Shown here piece after piece: positions 24,401-37,610 of a DNA stretch of 64,000 nt. The stretch's first letter is position 1. The number at the start of each line of letters is the position of its first letter. The DNA comes from Raillietiella orientalis (Eukaryota). Where the stretch lies: NCBI GenBank assembly GCA_036172245.1, contig JAYWIR010000008.1, forward strand, positions 2,728,001 through 2,792,000, read 5' to 3'. Below the pieces are notes generated by a model. That model had not been told where the DNA came from and ran no database searches. It worked only from the letters and a program-made list of their open reading frames with translations. The translations under genes were made by a program, and so were the position numbers.

Positions 24401-25000
24401 CGCGCTGGCGGCCGCGTGGCTGCGGCCTCTGCGCGCGGCACCTGGAGGCGCGGTTACGAACCGCCGTCGCATCCCTCGTAAAGGCTCAGACGCTGAGAAT
24501 GGGAGGTGTGTCGCGGGTCCCCCTCCGCAAGACGCCAGTCAGCTCACGGGCATGGATGCCCCCTTGGAGACCGGATGCCCCCCCTGGCAACCGGTAATTG
24601 CGAGTCGACCCTCCGGCGTACTTCCAGGAGTTACGGAGCTTCGGGGTAGCCCTCCAGTTCGCGCCACGGAGTCTAATATCCCTCCCTCCTCCCCTTTCCC
24701 TGATGGTTCCACCCCAGTTTGTTAGAAACGTGCTCCCTTCCGAGAAAACCGAAAGCATTCCCTTCGGAGACGACCAGGGAAAGGGTTCCTTCCCACTAGT
24801 GAAGGGGAACGGATCCCATCCTCGGAGCCTTCCTCGTGTTCTTCGGGTGGTCCCTTCGGGGGTTTCCCTCTGACCAAGTTACTCACGCCTTCAGGAGGCG
24901 CGACCTCGTTCAAGGAGCCGGGCAAGCCCACATGCCCATCGTCGAACCTCTCCGATGCCCCTGAGGGACGAAAACCGTTCCCGAGTGCCTAGCGAGTCCC
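24401..25000 (+). mobile_element. tRNA-derived SINE-like structured element, copy D
   Basis: CGCGCTGGCGGCC head, GACGCTGAGAATGGG block and 3' GTTCCCGAGTGCCTAGCG, matching copy C in the same order. Confidence 0.68.
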
Positions 25001-28000
25001 GAGAACACCTCGTTCGCTGAATTGGGATCCGCGGAGGATCTGCAGTCGGAACGTGAGGTGGCTGCTGCTCGCCCGGGATTCCGAGAGGGACTCGTTGGGG
25101 TGGCTCCACAAATTCCCCAAAAGCCTGCGACTTCCCCTCTTGGACTGTCCTCTATCGTAGAAGATCCGTTTCTTAGTGCGCGCCAATGAAGTTCACCCCC
25201 CTTTTATTCTTCTTTTTTTCTTATTACCCGGTTGTTCCTCTACGGAAGTCTTCTTTTGAAAGGCTTTGTTTTCTAGGGTCTCCTCGCATGCGACCTGCAA
25301 CTAATTTCCTGACCCGCGAGGCGGCTTCTGGAGGAAAAGTCGGACCTTCGGCTCGCCTTCGCTTCCCACTTGCTTTCTTGCAGACAGTGCGTCATTTGAA
25401 TGAGCGTTTCGAAAGATGTCAGAGGAAGAGCGGCGTAAATTACGACGTTCCTTCCTTGGCGCGTGCTCCTGCTTACGTCATCGTTACGTACTCCCGCATT
25501 GTCTAGGGAAGCGCAACCAGGCGGATGGAGATCCTATAGATCCGGCGACTGCGTCAAGGGCCGCCGGGTTGCCTGGCGACCCTTTCGGTTCCCTTGGGAA
25601 CCGGCACGCGATTGGCATCTCCCCCTTTGCGTCGGAACGGCACGCGCCGTCCTCCGACCGGGGTATTCCTCAGAGAGGGCGAGTGGCTGCAGGGAGTAAG
25701 GAGGAACGCAGAAGCGAGGTGGAGTTGCACCACGCGGCGGTGCGGTCGCACTTTTGAAAAGGAAAACATGAGATCGACAAGAAGAACGCCTCTTCTTTCC
25801 TCAAAAGCGATGATGCTGGTAACACAGGGGACGACAGCACATGGCAGCAGCACACGCAAAAAGGCAGCTCGCCATTTTGTTGGCTGAGTGATTCTCGAGA
25901 TGGCTCGAGTTGAGCTGTCGAAGCGAAACAAAAAAAAAAAAAAATCAGAAAAACGCTATCTTGAACCGACGGAGAGAATCCGTTTCCAAGGGAACAACAG
26001 GAAAAACAAAAACAACGCGGCTCGCCCGAAGAATCAACTGTCGTTTCAGTGGAGCCAACGGGGCATGATCCTTTATCGATGGAATCCAGGAACACACGCC
26101 CGCAAACCGCGAAAAGAAAGGGAGGCCAGGGAAAATCATGCTCACATGGGAACGGGCGGTCGCTTCCAGCTACAGCCATCGGAGGTCCCACCTGGCAGTT
26201 CCGACTAGACGGATTTACATTTTCCTTTGTCGCTGCTTTCTAATTGAAGTGCATGCAGTGCGACGACGTTACCAAAGGAAGAGGTGGTGACAGGAACGCT
26301 CTTCGTGCTCCGAGACTTCGAGCTGCGCACTTTTTCAAGAGGCAGCAGCATCCCGCAAAGGGGCCGGTTAAGCGAAGACGGGAGGTCGGATGAAGGAAAA
26401 AAAAAAAAAGCCCACGAAGAGAAGGTGCTGTGCGGGAAACAGCCAGGTACTGAACGGGAATGGTGAGCGCGCGCGATCCTCCTGGGAGAGCGAAAAACGA
26501 CCCCCTCGAGAGCCGTCTCCCTCGAAGCAGGTGGCTCACGGGAGGTGTTCCTAGGGAAACCGGGAAGCAAGTAGAGGGAGCTTACAGAGAGATGCAGATA
26601 AGGCTGGAAGGAGCTTCCACACACACGGTTTGCGCTCGCGTCGATAGAAAAGAGGCACAGCCCGACGAGAAGAGGAACATCGGAGGAGGCGTTGCCGCGC
26701 AACGAGCGGACGGCAGTTCCGTAGATGGAGGATTTTCTTCGGGGGACGAACCCCCGTCAGGTTGGAAGGGTTTCCTTTTTCGCACGAGACGAAAACGTCG
26801 GGTTCAAAGCTTTTTCCTCTTTCCGTTCTCTCTCTTCCCCTCCCCCCCCCTGGCAATTCGGCTTTCATTTATAAAAGAATCTATAGGATGATGTTCTCTC
26901 CCAAAAGAAATCCACTACAACTCAAAAGCGGATAGCAACCTGGCAGTAGGAGGGAGAGATACCAGGCGCACATCAAATTAAGTTCAAGGTCTAACACACG
27001 CCAATTCTTGAAATGGCTGCGACCATTTGAAAGAGCAACGGGAAGCACGTCCCAAGCCCACGGACGTTTGTCGCTCGCTCCTTCTGGAGGAGAGTCTCGA
27101 AAGCGGATCGCTCCTCGGCAACACTTCTCGCTTCCGTTCCTGGGAACCGTGCTGCGGATGCACAGGGGGAAAGCGATCGATGAAGATGCCACCCGAGGAA
27201 GGTTGAGGAGTGGTCAGCCGAACGCGAATCCCCTCGAAAGGCTTTCTTTCGAAAGCTTGCAGCCGCGTCCGGTCCATCTATAGGAACGAGAGGTGCAGCA
27301 TGCATCCTCCCCTGTGCACAAAGGAGTGAAAAATTGCACGGGATGAGACACAAATTCAAGGTAAAATCTTCTGAAATGTGTTCCACAAATCAAAGGGTTA
27401 CGTAACTCTAGATTACGGATGCCCGTGTTCAGGGATGCCAGGCAATAACAAGAACAAAAGAGAGCATGGCATGCGGGAAATCGCCAGTCACGTGACGCTA
27501 ACAAGAAGATCACACGAGGATGGATCTTTCGACGCAGAAGGGGGAATCAGGCTAAAAATAAATAACGAGCGGTCAACTGGGGTTTTTGTTCTAATAAATC
27601 AGTTAACCGAGTAAAAGGCCAAGGGAGGGGGAGGAGGGCGGAGGAATGGTGAGCCAGCAGAAAAACATCAACCCTGCTTAAAGCTCACGGGGCAGAGCGA
27701 AAAAGCTTGGCTCAGCCACCATGAATATGGAGAACGGAGAAAAGTTGGTGCGTGAAAACACGGAACGCCACAATGGAAGCGCCGCGACTGGAGATCACAG
27801 ACGTGGACTGCCAATCTCGCTGGGCTGGACCGAGAGCTACTGCGGGCAGGACTTACCAGAAGCTTTCAGCCTGTGCGAGGGGCCCAACTGCATTCTCAAG
27901 CTGACACGAAGAGATCGAAACGAACGATGCATTCAGCGAGAAAACTTCGAAAAAAAAAAAAAAAAAAAAGTGAATATACATATGTATATGTGTAGAACAC

Positions 28001-31000
28001 TCAAGCGATGAGCACATATGCGTGTACACACAGAGCGTTCGAGGCAGTTTTGCCGAATTCGAGTAACCGCGAACTCGCCTTCCAGACTCGGATTTCCCGA
28101 AAAACATCGGATGACTTTCCAAAGGAAGGCGCCCGAGTGGGAAATTCTACGACCCGCGTGAAACGAGTGAACGGGGGGAAGGGCCCACGCGCGCGGAACG
28201 GGGCAGAGGATCCATCGGAAGACCGTTTCCCATAGATGCCACTAATCCGAAGGGGGAAGGATATAATCAGGAAACCGGGAAACGAGCAACCACCCAGAGC
28301 AGCCCAAGGCAAAGACTGTTCACTCCGTTACAATTCAGCTGGGCGTTTCCGCCGCTGCAGATCACACGGGTACTGCCGGCGCCTTCGCGCCACTTTAGGC
28401 GCGAGGAGGAGCGCTGCGCGAGCAAGGAACCACACAGGTGACTGGCGCTCGAGTCAACATTTTCGAAGGGCGCGGGGCGGTGGATGAGAAACGGGAAGAA
28501 GTGCTCCGACAGAGGGATGAAAAGGGAGCCCCTAAGAGGAACAAGCAGCAGATACGTCAGCCCGAGTCTTTGGCATGGCGCGGAACACGGGAGGGAACAG
28601 TCGCTCCGGAGCACCTGCGTGCGCTTCCTTTTTCTCTCGGCTGATAGCCGCTAGCGGAGAAGAAGAGTTGCGTCCATGACCCGCTGGGCGAAGTGCTACT
28701 CGAGCACGTGAACCGGGAGAAGGCGTAGGCCGCGCCGAGGAAGGGATGGAAAGCCTTCCTCCAGACTTGGGCTGCGAGTTCCCTGTCCTGGGGCGGAAAG
28801 GAGGGCTTGTGAGCACGGCAGAAGGGCGCGCTTCGGTGAGCCGCCACTGACCGCCTCCCTCCTCTTCCGACTCCGTCCATGCGATTGGTTCGGATGCCTC
28901 ACGTTCTTAAAGTTTCCACGCCTCCCGGAGTGAAACTGTCGTGCTATCCGGGCAGGAAGACACGCGAAACAAAAAGAGGGGCGAGAGCAAACGTGCCTCG
29001 CATCCGCGTCCCGCGCGCAGCACAGATCCCGCCGTGGAGGTGAGCGCGTGCGCGCGGTGACGTCCCGGAGAAACGAATCGTCCACTGGAAGCGAGCGCAC
29101 GGGCGTGCTCGCGCGCTGCCACACGTGCTGGATGGGTTGGAACGCGCAGCAGCACGCTGCGCAGCAGACGAGGTGGGGCGCTGCGAGGCGAGGCTGCGAC
29201 CGCCACGGGGAAGAAGAGTTGAAGGCGGATGGAGCACATGCGCACCTGGCTGCGGTGCGCACCTCGCGCTCCCCGCGTTCCAGGGAAGAGGAAGTGGGCA
29301 GCCCAGGAACCTTGCGCAACCCGTGCCGTCCGATGAGCGCACGGGGAGCGAGCGCACGTGGGCAGCGCGTCGCCTTTCGTCGGCGCGGGGAAACCGACGC
29401 TCGGAGCGCCCGTTCGTGGAAGAGCTCACGGATCGTTCGCTCGCTGCGCGAGTTTTGCTCAGAGAGCGGAGCTTTCGGCCGGCGGTGGCACCTCTGGAAA
29501 GGAGGAGGAGAAGCATCCTTCCGTCTCTGGGGAGCGCGGGGATCTGCGACCGAGCTGCTGGCCGTCAGGCGAGGACGAGTAAAGTCGGTTGAGGGAGCAG
29601 GCAAGGGCGCAGAGGGAGAACCCAACCCTATTCCTTCTCGGAAGGTCGATGCTGATAACGGGGAAGCAGGATCACTCTCGCCTCTTCCCCAGCACGCAGC
29701 CGAGCGAGGTAGCAGCTGCCTGCTCCGTTCGTGCCGCCGACTTTCCGATTCCGGCGCACAAACGCACGCGTCCTGCGGGGCGAAGGGCAGCAGCGGCTCC
29801 TGCCCACGCGGCGGGAGGAAGCGAGCGGCGCCCCGCGGCGAGGTTTTCCCTGTCCCTTTCCTCCGAGCGCGCAGGCGACGGCGGCTTCGTACACGACCCG
29901 CTCTCCGGTACGCCGCTGGGCCCCCGAGCGCGCGTCCGTAACTCATCCTTTTTCCTACCCGGAGGGAGGGTAGGAAAGGGTAGTCCGACAGACCCGGGGC
30001 GAGAGGAGCGAGGCTCCACCGCGCGATCTCCCTCCCTATTGCGGGTTCCCGCCCTTTCGCCTCGCCGCGCGGGAGCGAAAGGCGCGATAGAGGCGGCAAG
30101 GCGAGCGGAGATTCCGCGCATGCGCGCTCGACCGCCGGCGCGAGCTTTCGGGAGTGCTGCGGGCTCTCGCGCGCGGGCGCCACCCTTCCCCGCAAGCGAC
30201 AGCCAGACAGACGTGGCTGCGCGGGGCTGCCCGGAAGGAGAGCTCGAGAATCCAGAAGGGCCTTGGAGACCCTCCCGCCTCCACCGCGGGTGCCTCCACG
30301 CTCGCAAAACACAGGAAGGCTGACGCTCTGATGCGGCGGGCCGTGTCGTGTGGACAGAGGCACTCGGATGCGTTTTTCGTGCGTTCCGCCCCGCTGCCGT
30401 GACCTCCATTCCACCGGAGGGAGGTGGAGAAAAGGGGGGAAGGGGCGTGTCCCCCCCTGCACGTGGCGAGCGCGAAGGTGGCGCCCCCGACCCGACCCGA
30501 CCAAGGACGGAGGGAGGCGCAGTCCGCCGCCCATCCGCTGACGACGGGATCGGAGGCCACTGTGGGGTGGCGGCACCAGACGGGGAGCGTCTCCAGCCCT
30601 CTTCAGCAGTGGTGCTTGTTTTTTCCCCTCCCCCTCTTCTCCCACCCACCCACCCATTCAGGGGCATTCCGGGAAAGGGCCTGAGAGCGGGCGAGCACGG
30701 CGGAGGAGGGCTCGAGGGGGAGGTTGGTCCCTCCACAAACCCCCCTTCGGGCTTCGGTCAGCCGGGAACGCAGGGCCCACCCCCGAGGCACACACTCAAC
30801 ACTGCCGATAGTCGCCTCCTCGTCCGGAAGAAACGACCCCCCTCCCAGTCCTCGGACCTCCCCACCTCCCCAACTCACTCCCGGGATCCCTTCACACGGC
30901 AGCAGCACGGAGAAGGAGGTGGGGAGGGGAGAGAGAGGTGTCGGAGAGGCCTTCGAAGAGGAGAGGAGCCCCACGAGGACGCCCGGGTCTGCCTGCCTGC

Positions 31001-31834
31001 AGAGGTTCCTTGGGCCGCGCGCGCTGGCGGCGGTAGCTCACCCCGGCGAAGGCCGACGGGTTTCCGGCTGCTGCTGCTGCTGCTGCCCTTGGAGAGGAGG
31101 AAGCGGCGCCTCCTCCGCTCCCCGTGCCGCTCTCCTGTCCGTCTCTGTCGGCGCATTTCTTTTCTTTCTTTCTTTCTTATGAGGGGGGGGATGCTACCTC
31201 CCCACTTCCTCCCTTCCTTCCTCACTCCGCTGTCCGCGTGCGCACTGACGGGTATGGGACTCCGTGGGGACACGAGGGGGGGGGGGAGAGACGAGCGCGT
31301 CCTCCGGGAACGGTCAAGGAGAGATTGGTCCGTGATGGAGGCGCGTGACGCAAGAGGCACGGCCAGGGCCGCCCACCTGCCGTCGCGGGTGGCGGCCACA
31401 GAGGGGAGTGGGGAGGAGGCGAAGAAGGAAGTGCGGACGGCCGCCGTGCCTGGGCGCGCTCGCGCCCGGGAGCGAAGGCGCGCCGTCGAGCGCCCGAGGC
31501 CGGCATGCCGCAGATGTTGCCGCCTTTCCCCGTCCCCGGGGAATCCCGCTCGCTCGCCCTCCTTCCCCGGAAGCTCGCCGGGCGTCCCCTCCCGCGAGGA
31601 CAGACGTTTGCACCCTCGGACCATCTCGAAAACCGGAAGAGCCCTAAGAGGAAGAAAGGGAAGAGACCAAAGCGCACCCCAAACGTAAGCGGGTGGGAAG
31701 ACGCCGGCAGAGCCAGGCCTGGAACCGCTCTCGACGGAAGGCCGGCGGAGCAGCTGCAGCAGGTCGGCGCCTCTTTCCAACTTCTTTCGAGCCGAAGCCT
31801 ATTCGGACCGGCTTACAAGGGAGGTCCAGAGACG

Positions 31835-32035
31835 AAGAAGAGGGCTACGAGGGGAGGAGGAAGGAAAGAAGAGAGCGAGGAGGGGGAAGACGGAAGGAAG
31901 GGAAGAAAGAGGAGATAGAATGGAGGCGGAAGAAGAAGAATGGGGAAAGGGGAGCAGGAGAGGAGGGAGTGATGAGAAAGGGAAGAGGGGTAAGAAGGAA
32001 AGGAAGAAAGGGAAGGAGGAAGAGGAGGAGGAAGC
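31835..32035. repeat. Purine-rich (GA-rich) low-complexity tract
   Basis: About 200 nt of almost only G and A on the plus strand. Confidence 0.8.
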
Positions 32036-35000
32036 CCGCAACGATGCCTACTTTCCTACGGATGCACTCTGAAACTGGGGCCTCGCGGAACCAGGTTTCA
32101 GCCTTTGCGAGAGCCCTTCCTTCAGCCTGCACTCCACCCCTAAGCAGGGGGACCTTCGAGGTGGTAGGGGGCCAGTAGGGCTCGGACTACGCAGTGGATG
32201 CCCGAAAGGGACGCCCCTGAGGAGGAGGAAAGGCCACCGCGGATTCCGTGGCACGTTGGGGAGCGGGGGTTTCTACTCCTCCCATTCCCCTCGTCCCTCC
32301 CCAGCGTGCCGGGATGAGTCGCCCTACTCCCCTCGGACACGCTTCTCGTGGGAGGATCCGCTCCTCTGGGTGGCTCCCTCTTCCGCAGTCCAACGCAAAA
32401 GGTCATGGGTTCTCCCCCTATTCTTCCACCAGGGAGGAAGACCCGAGTTTGGGGCGACTGCCTCCCTGGTCCCTCGGAGACCGCGCGATCTGCGCGCGCA
32501 CGGACCGAGGCAACAGACGGGAAACTGGAGACTGTGAAGCGACAGGAGCGTTGCTGGGGTAAGTCGCTCGTCCTCTGCCGCTCCCTCTTTTTTTCTGCGA
32601 GTCGACCGGCGATGTGAGAGAAAAAGAGGTAGAGGGGAGGAGGTCCGAGCGTTTGCTCACTCCATTCGGAAGGAGGGGGGATTCTTCCAGCTCCAGGGAG
32701 GAAGACTGCAGCCCATCCGGAGAGGAGCGACCTTCCGGAGAAACTCCCGCTGCCTGGGGGATTTACTCCCGACAGACCCCGCCGCGACCGAGGAAGTGCG
32801 AACGGACAGGCCTCCAGTCAGCATGGCGGACGTCTCCGGACAGCCCAGGAGGCGTGGGCCGCGCGCAGCACGATGGAACCTGGGGGGTTGCCCCTGACCA
32901 TCCGCCGCCATCCCTCCCGTTCCCACCTGGATTGAAGTCTTCTGAGGCTCGTGTGCTCGGAGAGAGGGACTCTCGGGCAGGATGGAGAGGGAGGAATGCA
33001 GGGAGGGAGGGGAGACCTTGCGGCCCCAAGTCCTTGCGGCAGGCACTTTGCACCCGACTTCGAACCCCTCCCTACCTCTCCCTGCACCTTTCTGAGCTCC
33101 TTCTCCCGTCCGCTGGTGCTACTGGGGGCACTGCCTACCGGAGGTCACAAAGGCTCTCCCCCTCCTCCTTCCTCGGAAAGAAGGGCGGTCAGTTGGGTGG
33201 GAGGAATAAGGTCACACGGAGAGCGGGCGCGCGGCTTCCTGAAAGTGCGGTCCTGCCTTCCTGGAGGAGCTCAACGTCTCCCGGGGTTGAGAGGGGCACA
33301 GGGCAAGGGAACTGCGGCAAAGGGAGCGGGTCGAGAGAGGGGTGCCTTCGAAGGGTGGGTTCGGGGTTCCTCCTGGCTTCCGGAGGCGGCGGAAAGAGGG
33401 ACGGCACCGCCTTTCCTTTCTCGGAGCGTCGGGAAGGGGCAGTCCACTTCCGGGAAGTGCCCTCACCGGAAGAGGATCCCCGAGCGATACCCCTCGAGCG
33501 CTCGCGAAGGTGGCTGCCTTGCGAAGTCCTGTGGCTCCCTTAGCAGGCCCCGCTACCCTCATTCTCCCCCGCGTCCAGGGACGCCGTCTAGGAGACCGCT
33601 GCAGGAAAACTTCCGCCTCCTCTCTCTGTCAACCGCAGCCTCAGCCATGCCCAATGAGAACCCTCGCCAATGGGCAGGAGTCCTTCCCCTTCCTTTCGCG
33701 AGGCACACACGTCGAGGAACAGGGAGCGGAGATCGCTTCTTCTTCCCCGTTTCGTCTGCGGCCTTAATGCTTCTGTGGCCACACGGACCAGCAGCCTGCG
33801 CTCCCGTCGCTTCCGCTCAAACCGGATTAGTGGAGATGCTGGGGGAGGGGGGAGGAAAGGGGAGCGACCCATCCGAAGGCGAACAGAGAGGAATCCAGTG
33901 CGGGTTGGGGGCAGGGGCGGCCCCGTCGTTCTTCGGGCGCTCCTTCCTCCACACGAGAAGCAAGGAAACGCCGCCGCAGCAGCGTGCGGGGACCTCGGGC
34001 GTGACCTGCAGGCGGCACGGAGATTGGTGGGGCGGACGGACAGCCCGTATGTGTGGGGGTGGGGTGAGAAAGAAACTATGGCTAACTCCGACCGGTCTGC
34101 CACCCTGACAACAAGGTGGTGGGAGGTGTCGAAATTTCCCGGAGCGGAAGGGGAACGAAAGAACCCCACGGCTTGTGCAGTTCTCGAGCTGAGGCGAGAC
34201 GTGGGGGGATGTGGGTAGGGGGGAGAGGACAGCTGGCGGGAGTTTGGGACACGCCTTCCGGGTGTCCTAGAGGAGGAAACACTGGAAGGAGCAGAGGCCG
34301 TAGCAAAGGAAGTCTTCAAGGAGGGAACAGGAACAAGGAGGAAAGTAGGAAGATGCAGCACCAGGAGGAAGAGGAGCAAGCAGGAGCAAGCAGTGTGGGT
34401 CACTGAGAAAACTCAGGGGTCATGCAGCACCTTCATGAAATCAAGCAAAAGAGGGAACTCGGCATCGCAAGACAAAGGAGTGAAGGAGGGAAGAGGGAAG
34501 GAAGAAAAGGGGAAAGAAGGGAGGAGAAGAGGAGGAGGAAGAAAAGGAGACACTAGCGGGAGGTCAGAACGCGGAAGGAACGAGCTGCCTCCTCCCGAAA
34601 AATCGCCCGAGGGATCGTTCACGGACCTTCCAGGAGTGGGAGTGTTCCTGGAGAGGGATATCTTGGACGCCGATGGGGAAAGATCCCTCGGTAAAGGGGC
34701 GGGTGACGCCTGAAGGTGGGACGCGCGGAGCCGCTCCCTGGGAAGGAGCGAAAGGTGCCTTCCGGCGATTCAGGAAGAAGCGCTGATTGTTGTCTCCCCT
34801 CCCTTCCCACCGCCGCGCGTCCCTCAGCGACGGGGTCGCACGAAGGTCCCGGTCCCAAAAGAAGGGCTGATGGGGCTGCGAGCAGCGACGAGGCCGCCTC
34901 CCGCACCCTTGCTCCCTGCCTGGTCTCCTGGGAAACCCGGGAGAAGTTCCAGCCCCCCCCCCGCCTCCTGACTTTGCCGCGAGGTCTCAGGGAAGGGCGG

Positions 35001-36958
35001 CGCGCGCGCGTCCGAGGTCGCTCTCGTTGCTGGAGGCAACGCGCCAGTCCGTTACCGGAGGAGGGGGCGTTGAGCGTCGGCACAGGCGAGGGGGTCGAGG
35101 AGTCCACGAGACCCAACGCGCCGTCGGGCGGGGGTTAAGGCGAAACCGCAAGAGGACATGGAAGCAGGGTCGGTTTCTATCGCCCCTGCCCGGAGGGAGA
35201 GCTCTCCTGCGCTCCCTTGTGGCGATTGCCCCCGAGGAAGCCATCTCGCCCCCGCACCCTCCTGCCGTCGGAGGGTGCGGGGGTCGCCTCACACCCGCTC
35301 CGGGGACTGCAGGCGATCCTCGACGCTGCGAGGTGGTGCCGCACAGTTCTCAGAGGGCGACCCCTCTTTCCCTCCCCCGTTCTGGTCCCTTGCCAAGGAC
35401 TCGAGGTGGAAGGGCGAGGCCCGGGCCGTGAGGTTCCCCGCGGCCCGGACTCGCCCTCCTCCCCAGTATGAGGAAGGAGCTGAGGGCGCGCGCCTCCTTC
35501 CGCGGATTGTCGTCCAGGCCGGACGCACCCAGAGAGCCACTGCGATGGCGCCACGAAACGCCCCAGCGGAGGTCCTCGGCCCCTCTACAGATCGCTCCGC
35601 CTAGGTCATCCGCGCCCTCTCCTGCTCGGAGGACGCCCCGCCCATGCGCATGTCCGCCCACGCCGGGCGGTGGAGTTGACCCCCGCGGCCCTTCTCCACG
35701 ACCCATGCCGCTGGAATCGGGGCGCGAGAGATCAAAGATGAAAGGTCGACGGTCAAAGGTCAACACCAGCTCCCAACTACCAGGAGGAGGAGGAATCCGG
35801 GCGACACGGTCAAAGAGCCCATCTCCACCACCGCTTTGCCAGGTGCGGTCGTCCGGGCAACGGGCCTCCTCCGGGGCGAGCGCATCTCCCCCCCCCCCGC
35901 TCCCTGGCAATCCCGTTCGGGAGAGCGCGCGCGTCTCCCGGCAACCTCCGTTTTCCCCCGTTTGTTCAGTTTCGGTCCAGCGGGACGGCAGCAAAGAGTC
36001 GGCTCTTCTCGTAGCGCCGTGGGGTCCAGACGCGAATCTCCTCCTCCGAACCGCAGAAAAACTGACACAGAAAGGGAGCCGCGCGGTGCCTCAGTCTCCA
36101 ACATCTGGAACAATGGATGGGGGGAGACGCGGATCGCTCGCTCTTCGGAACGGGGAGAGCTGCGTAACGGTCGCCCACGAGAAAATTTCGGAGGCGACCG
36201 CGGCTGCAAAGATGGCCGCCTCCTGGCTCCGGAGCTCCATCGATCCGAGCGGCTCGCGCGCGCGCGCGTCCGGCACGCATTAACGGGACGAGCGGGCAAG
36301 AGAGCGCACTCACCCGCCTCCGCCGCCGCGCGTTCATCTGCTCATCTCCAGCTCGTCCGCCCCCTTCCCTTCCGCCGAGCGCGGAACCTGCGGGCGGCGG
36401 CAGAGGGAACCACGGACTCCTCACAGCCGCAACACAGGCGCGAGATGCCGTGGCCGGCCGCGGCGCCGGGGGCCGCGCCGAGTGATCTCTGATCGTCCCG
36501 CCGCGGCCGCCACCTCCCGCGTGGGCACGCCAACCTTCCAGCTGCCCCCAGTTCGAGCGGCACGCAACTGCATCCGGCCATCCGGTGTGGTTGCGCGAGG
36601 AGACCGGCCGGCCGAGCGGCAGCGCCCCCAGCGCACGTGACGCATGCGCGCGGCGGCGCGCGGTCTTCCCTCCGCGATCCCGCGACGGGTTGCCGGAGGA
36701 AATTCCTCAGCCCGGGATGATGCGCGCGGTGCCGGGCGCGCATCGAATCGGGGCAATACGTCTCTTTTTTTTTTTTTTTTTTTTTCCTTTTTCTTTTTGT
36801 TTCCCAAGGGGCGAATGGGTGGAAAGGAAGCGGAGACCTAACGGCGCACGCGGCGGCAGGATAATCCGCGATGGGGAACGCGAGCGCATTGTTCGAGTGG
36901 GTAGCAGTAGGGAGCGACCAGTGGGGGGAGTGGGGGTAGAAACATCTGGCTATCTTAC

Positions 36959-37038
36959 CGGAACCACACGTAGCAGTGGACAAGATCAGCCAAGTTGAAG
37001 TACAAGAGGAGGGTCGTCACGGATATCACAGGACCCAT
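36959..37038 (-). CDS. Probable first coding (signal peptide) exon of the GH20 hexosaminidase
   Basis: ATG at 37038 gives MGPVISVTTLLLYFNLADLVHCYVWF, then CG|GTAAGA (phase-2 donor). It joins in frame (CG+C = Arg) to the acceptor at 20530, giving a 630-aa protein. The exon has its own acceptor (TGTTTTTCCAG|37108), so a 5'UTR exon lies further upstream. Confidence 0.72.
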
Positions 37039-37158
37039 TCTGGAGAGAGCGTCCGCAGCGCTGATGCATCTGCTGCTAGCAGATCCGGCGGTGGAGACGG
37101 CCGTTCGCCTGGAAAAACAACGAACAGAAATGCAGATTTTCACCGGAAGAGGAACCGG

Positions 37159-37160
<2 letters not shown>

Positions 37161-37205
<45 letters not shown>
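37161..37205. repeat. (GA)n microsatellite
   Basis: Perfect GA run; forms a (CT)n tract ~50 nt upstream of the 37108 acceptor on the minus strand. Confidence 0.95.
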
Positions 37206-37208
<3 letters not shown>

Positions 37209-37606
37209 GATAAAGGGGGGGGGGAGGCCTCCCGATTCCCTCGAAACACCGACGCCCTGCTCTCCTACCGGGGGGAAGGGGCGAGGGAAGGGAAGGGGTG
37301 GGGGAGCGGGAGGGATGAGCGCGCGCAACACCACCACCAGCACCACCACACCACCAGCGACAGTGGAAACGAAGCGCCGGAGCACGCCGAGCTGGCAGCA
37401 GCGACACTCACGAAGCAACCGTGCACATCCACGCACGGTTTCGGTCGTACTGCTTGCTGCTGCTACCTTAACTGACCACTGCCGTTCACATCGCTCGCTG
37501 CTGCTCCCGACTCGCACGAAGAACGGAAAGCGGTGCTACGTGTTTGCAGCATCTCTTTCGCTCTTTTCGCTATGGTTTGTTTCCTTTCGTTTTTTGTTTG
37601 TGTGTA

Positions 37607-37610
<4 letters not shown>

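Noticed and set aside
28696..31780. Long ORFs (653, 446, 354, 301 aa) on both strands
   Set aside because: Arg/Pro/Gly/Ala-rich overlapping frames from high GC; no domain motifs; inside the hexosaminidase intron.
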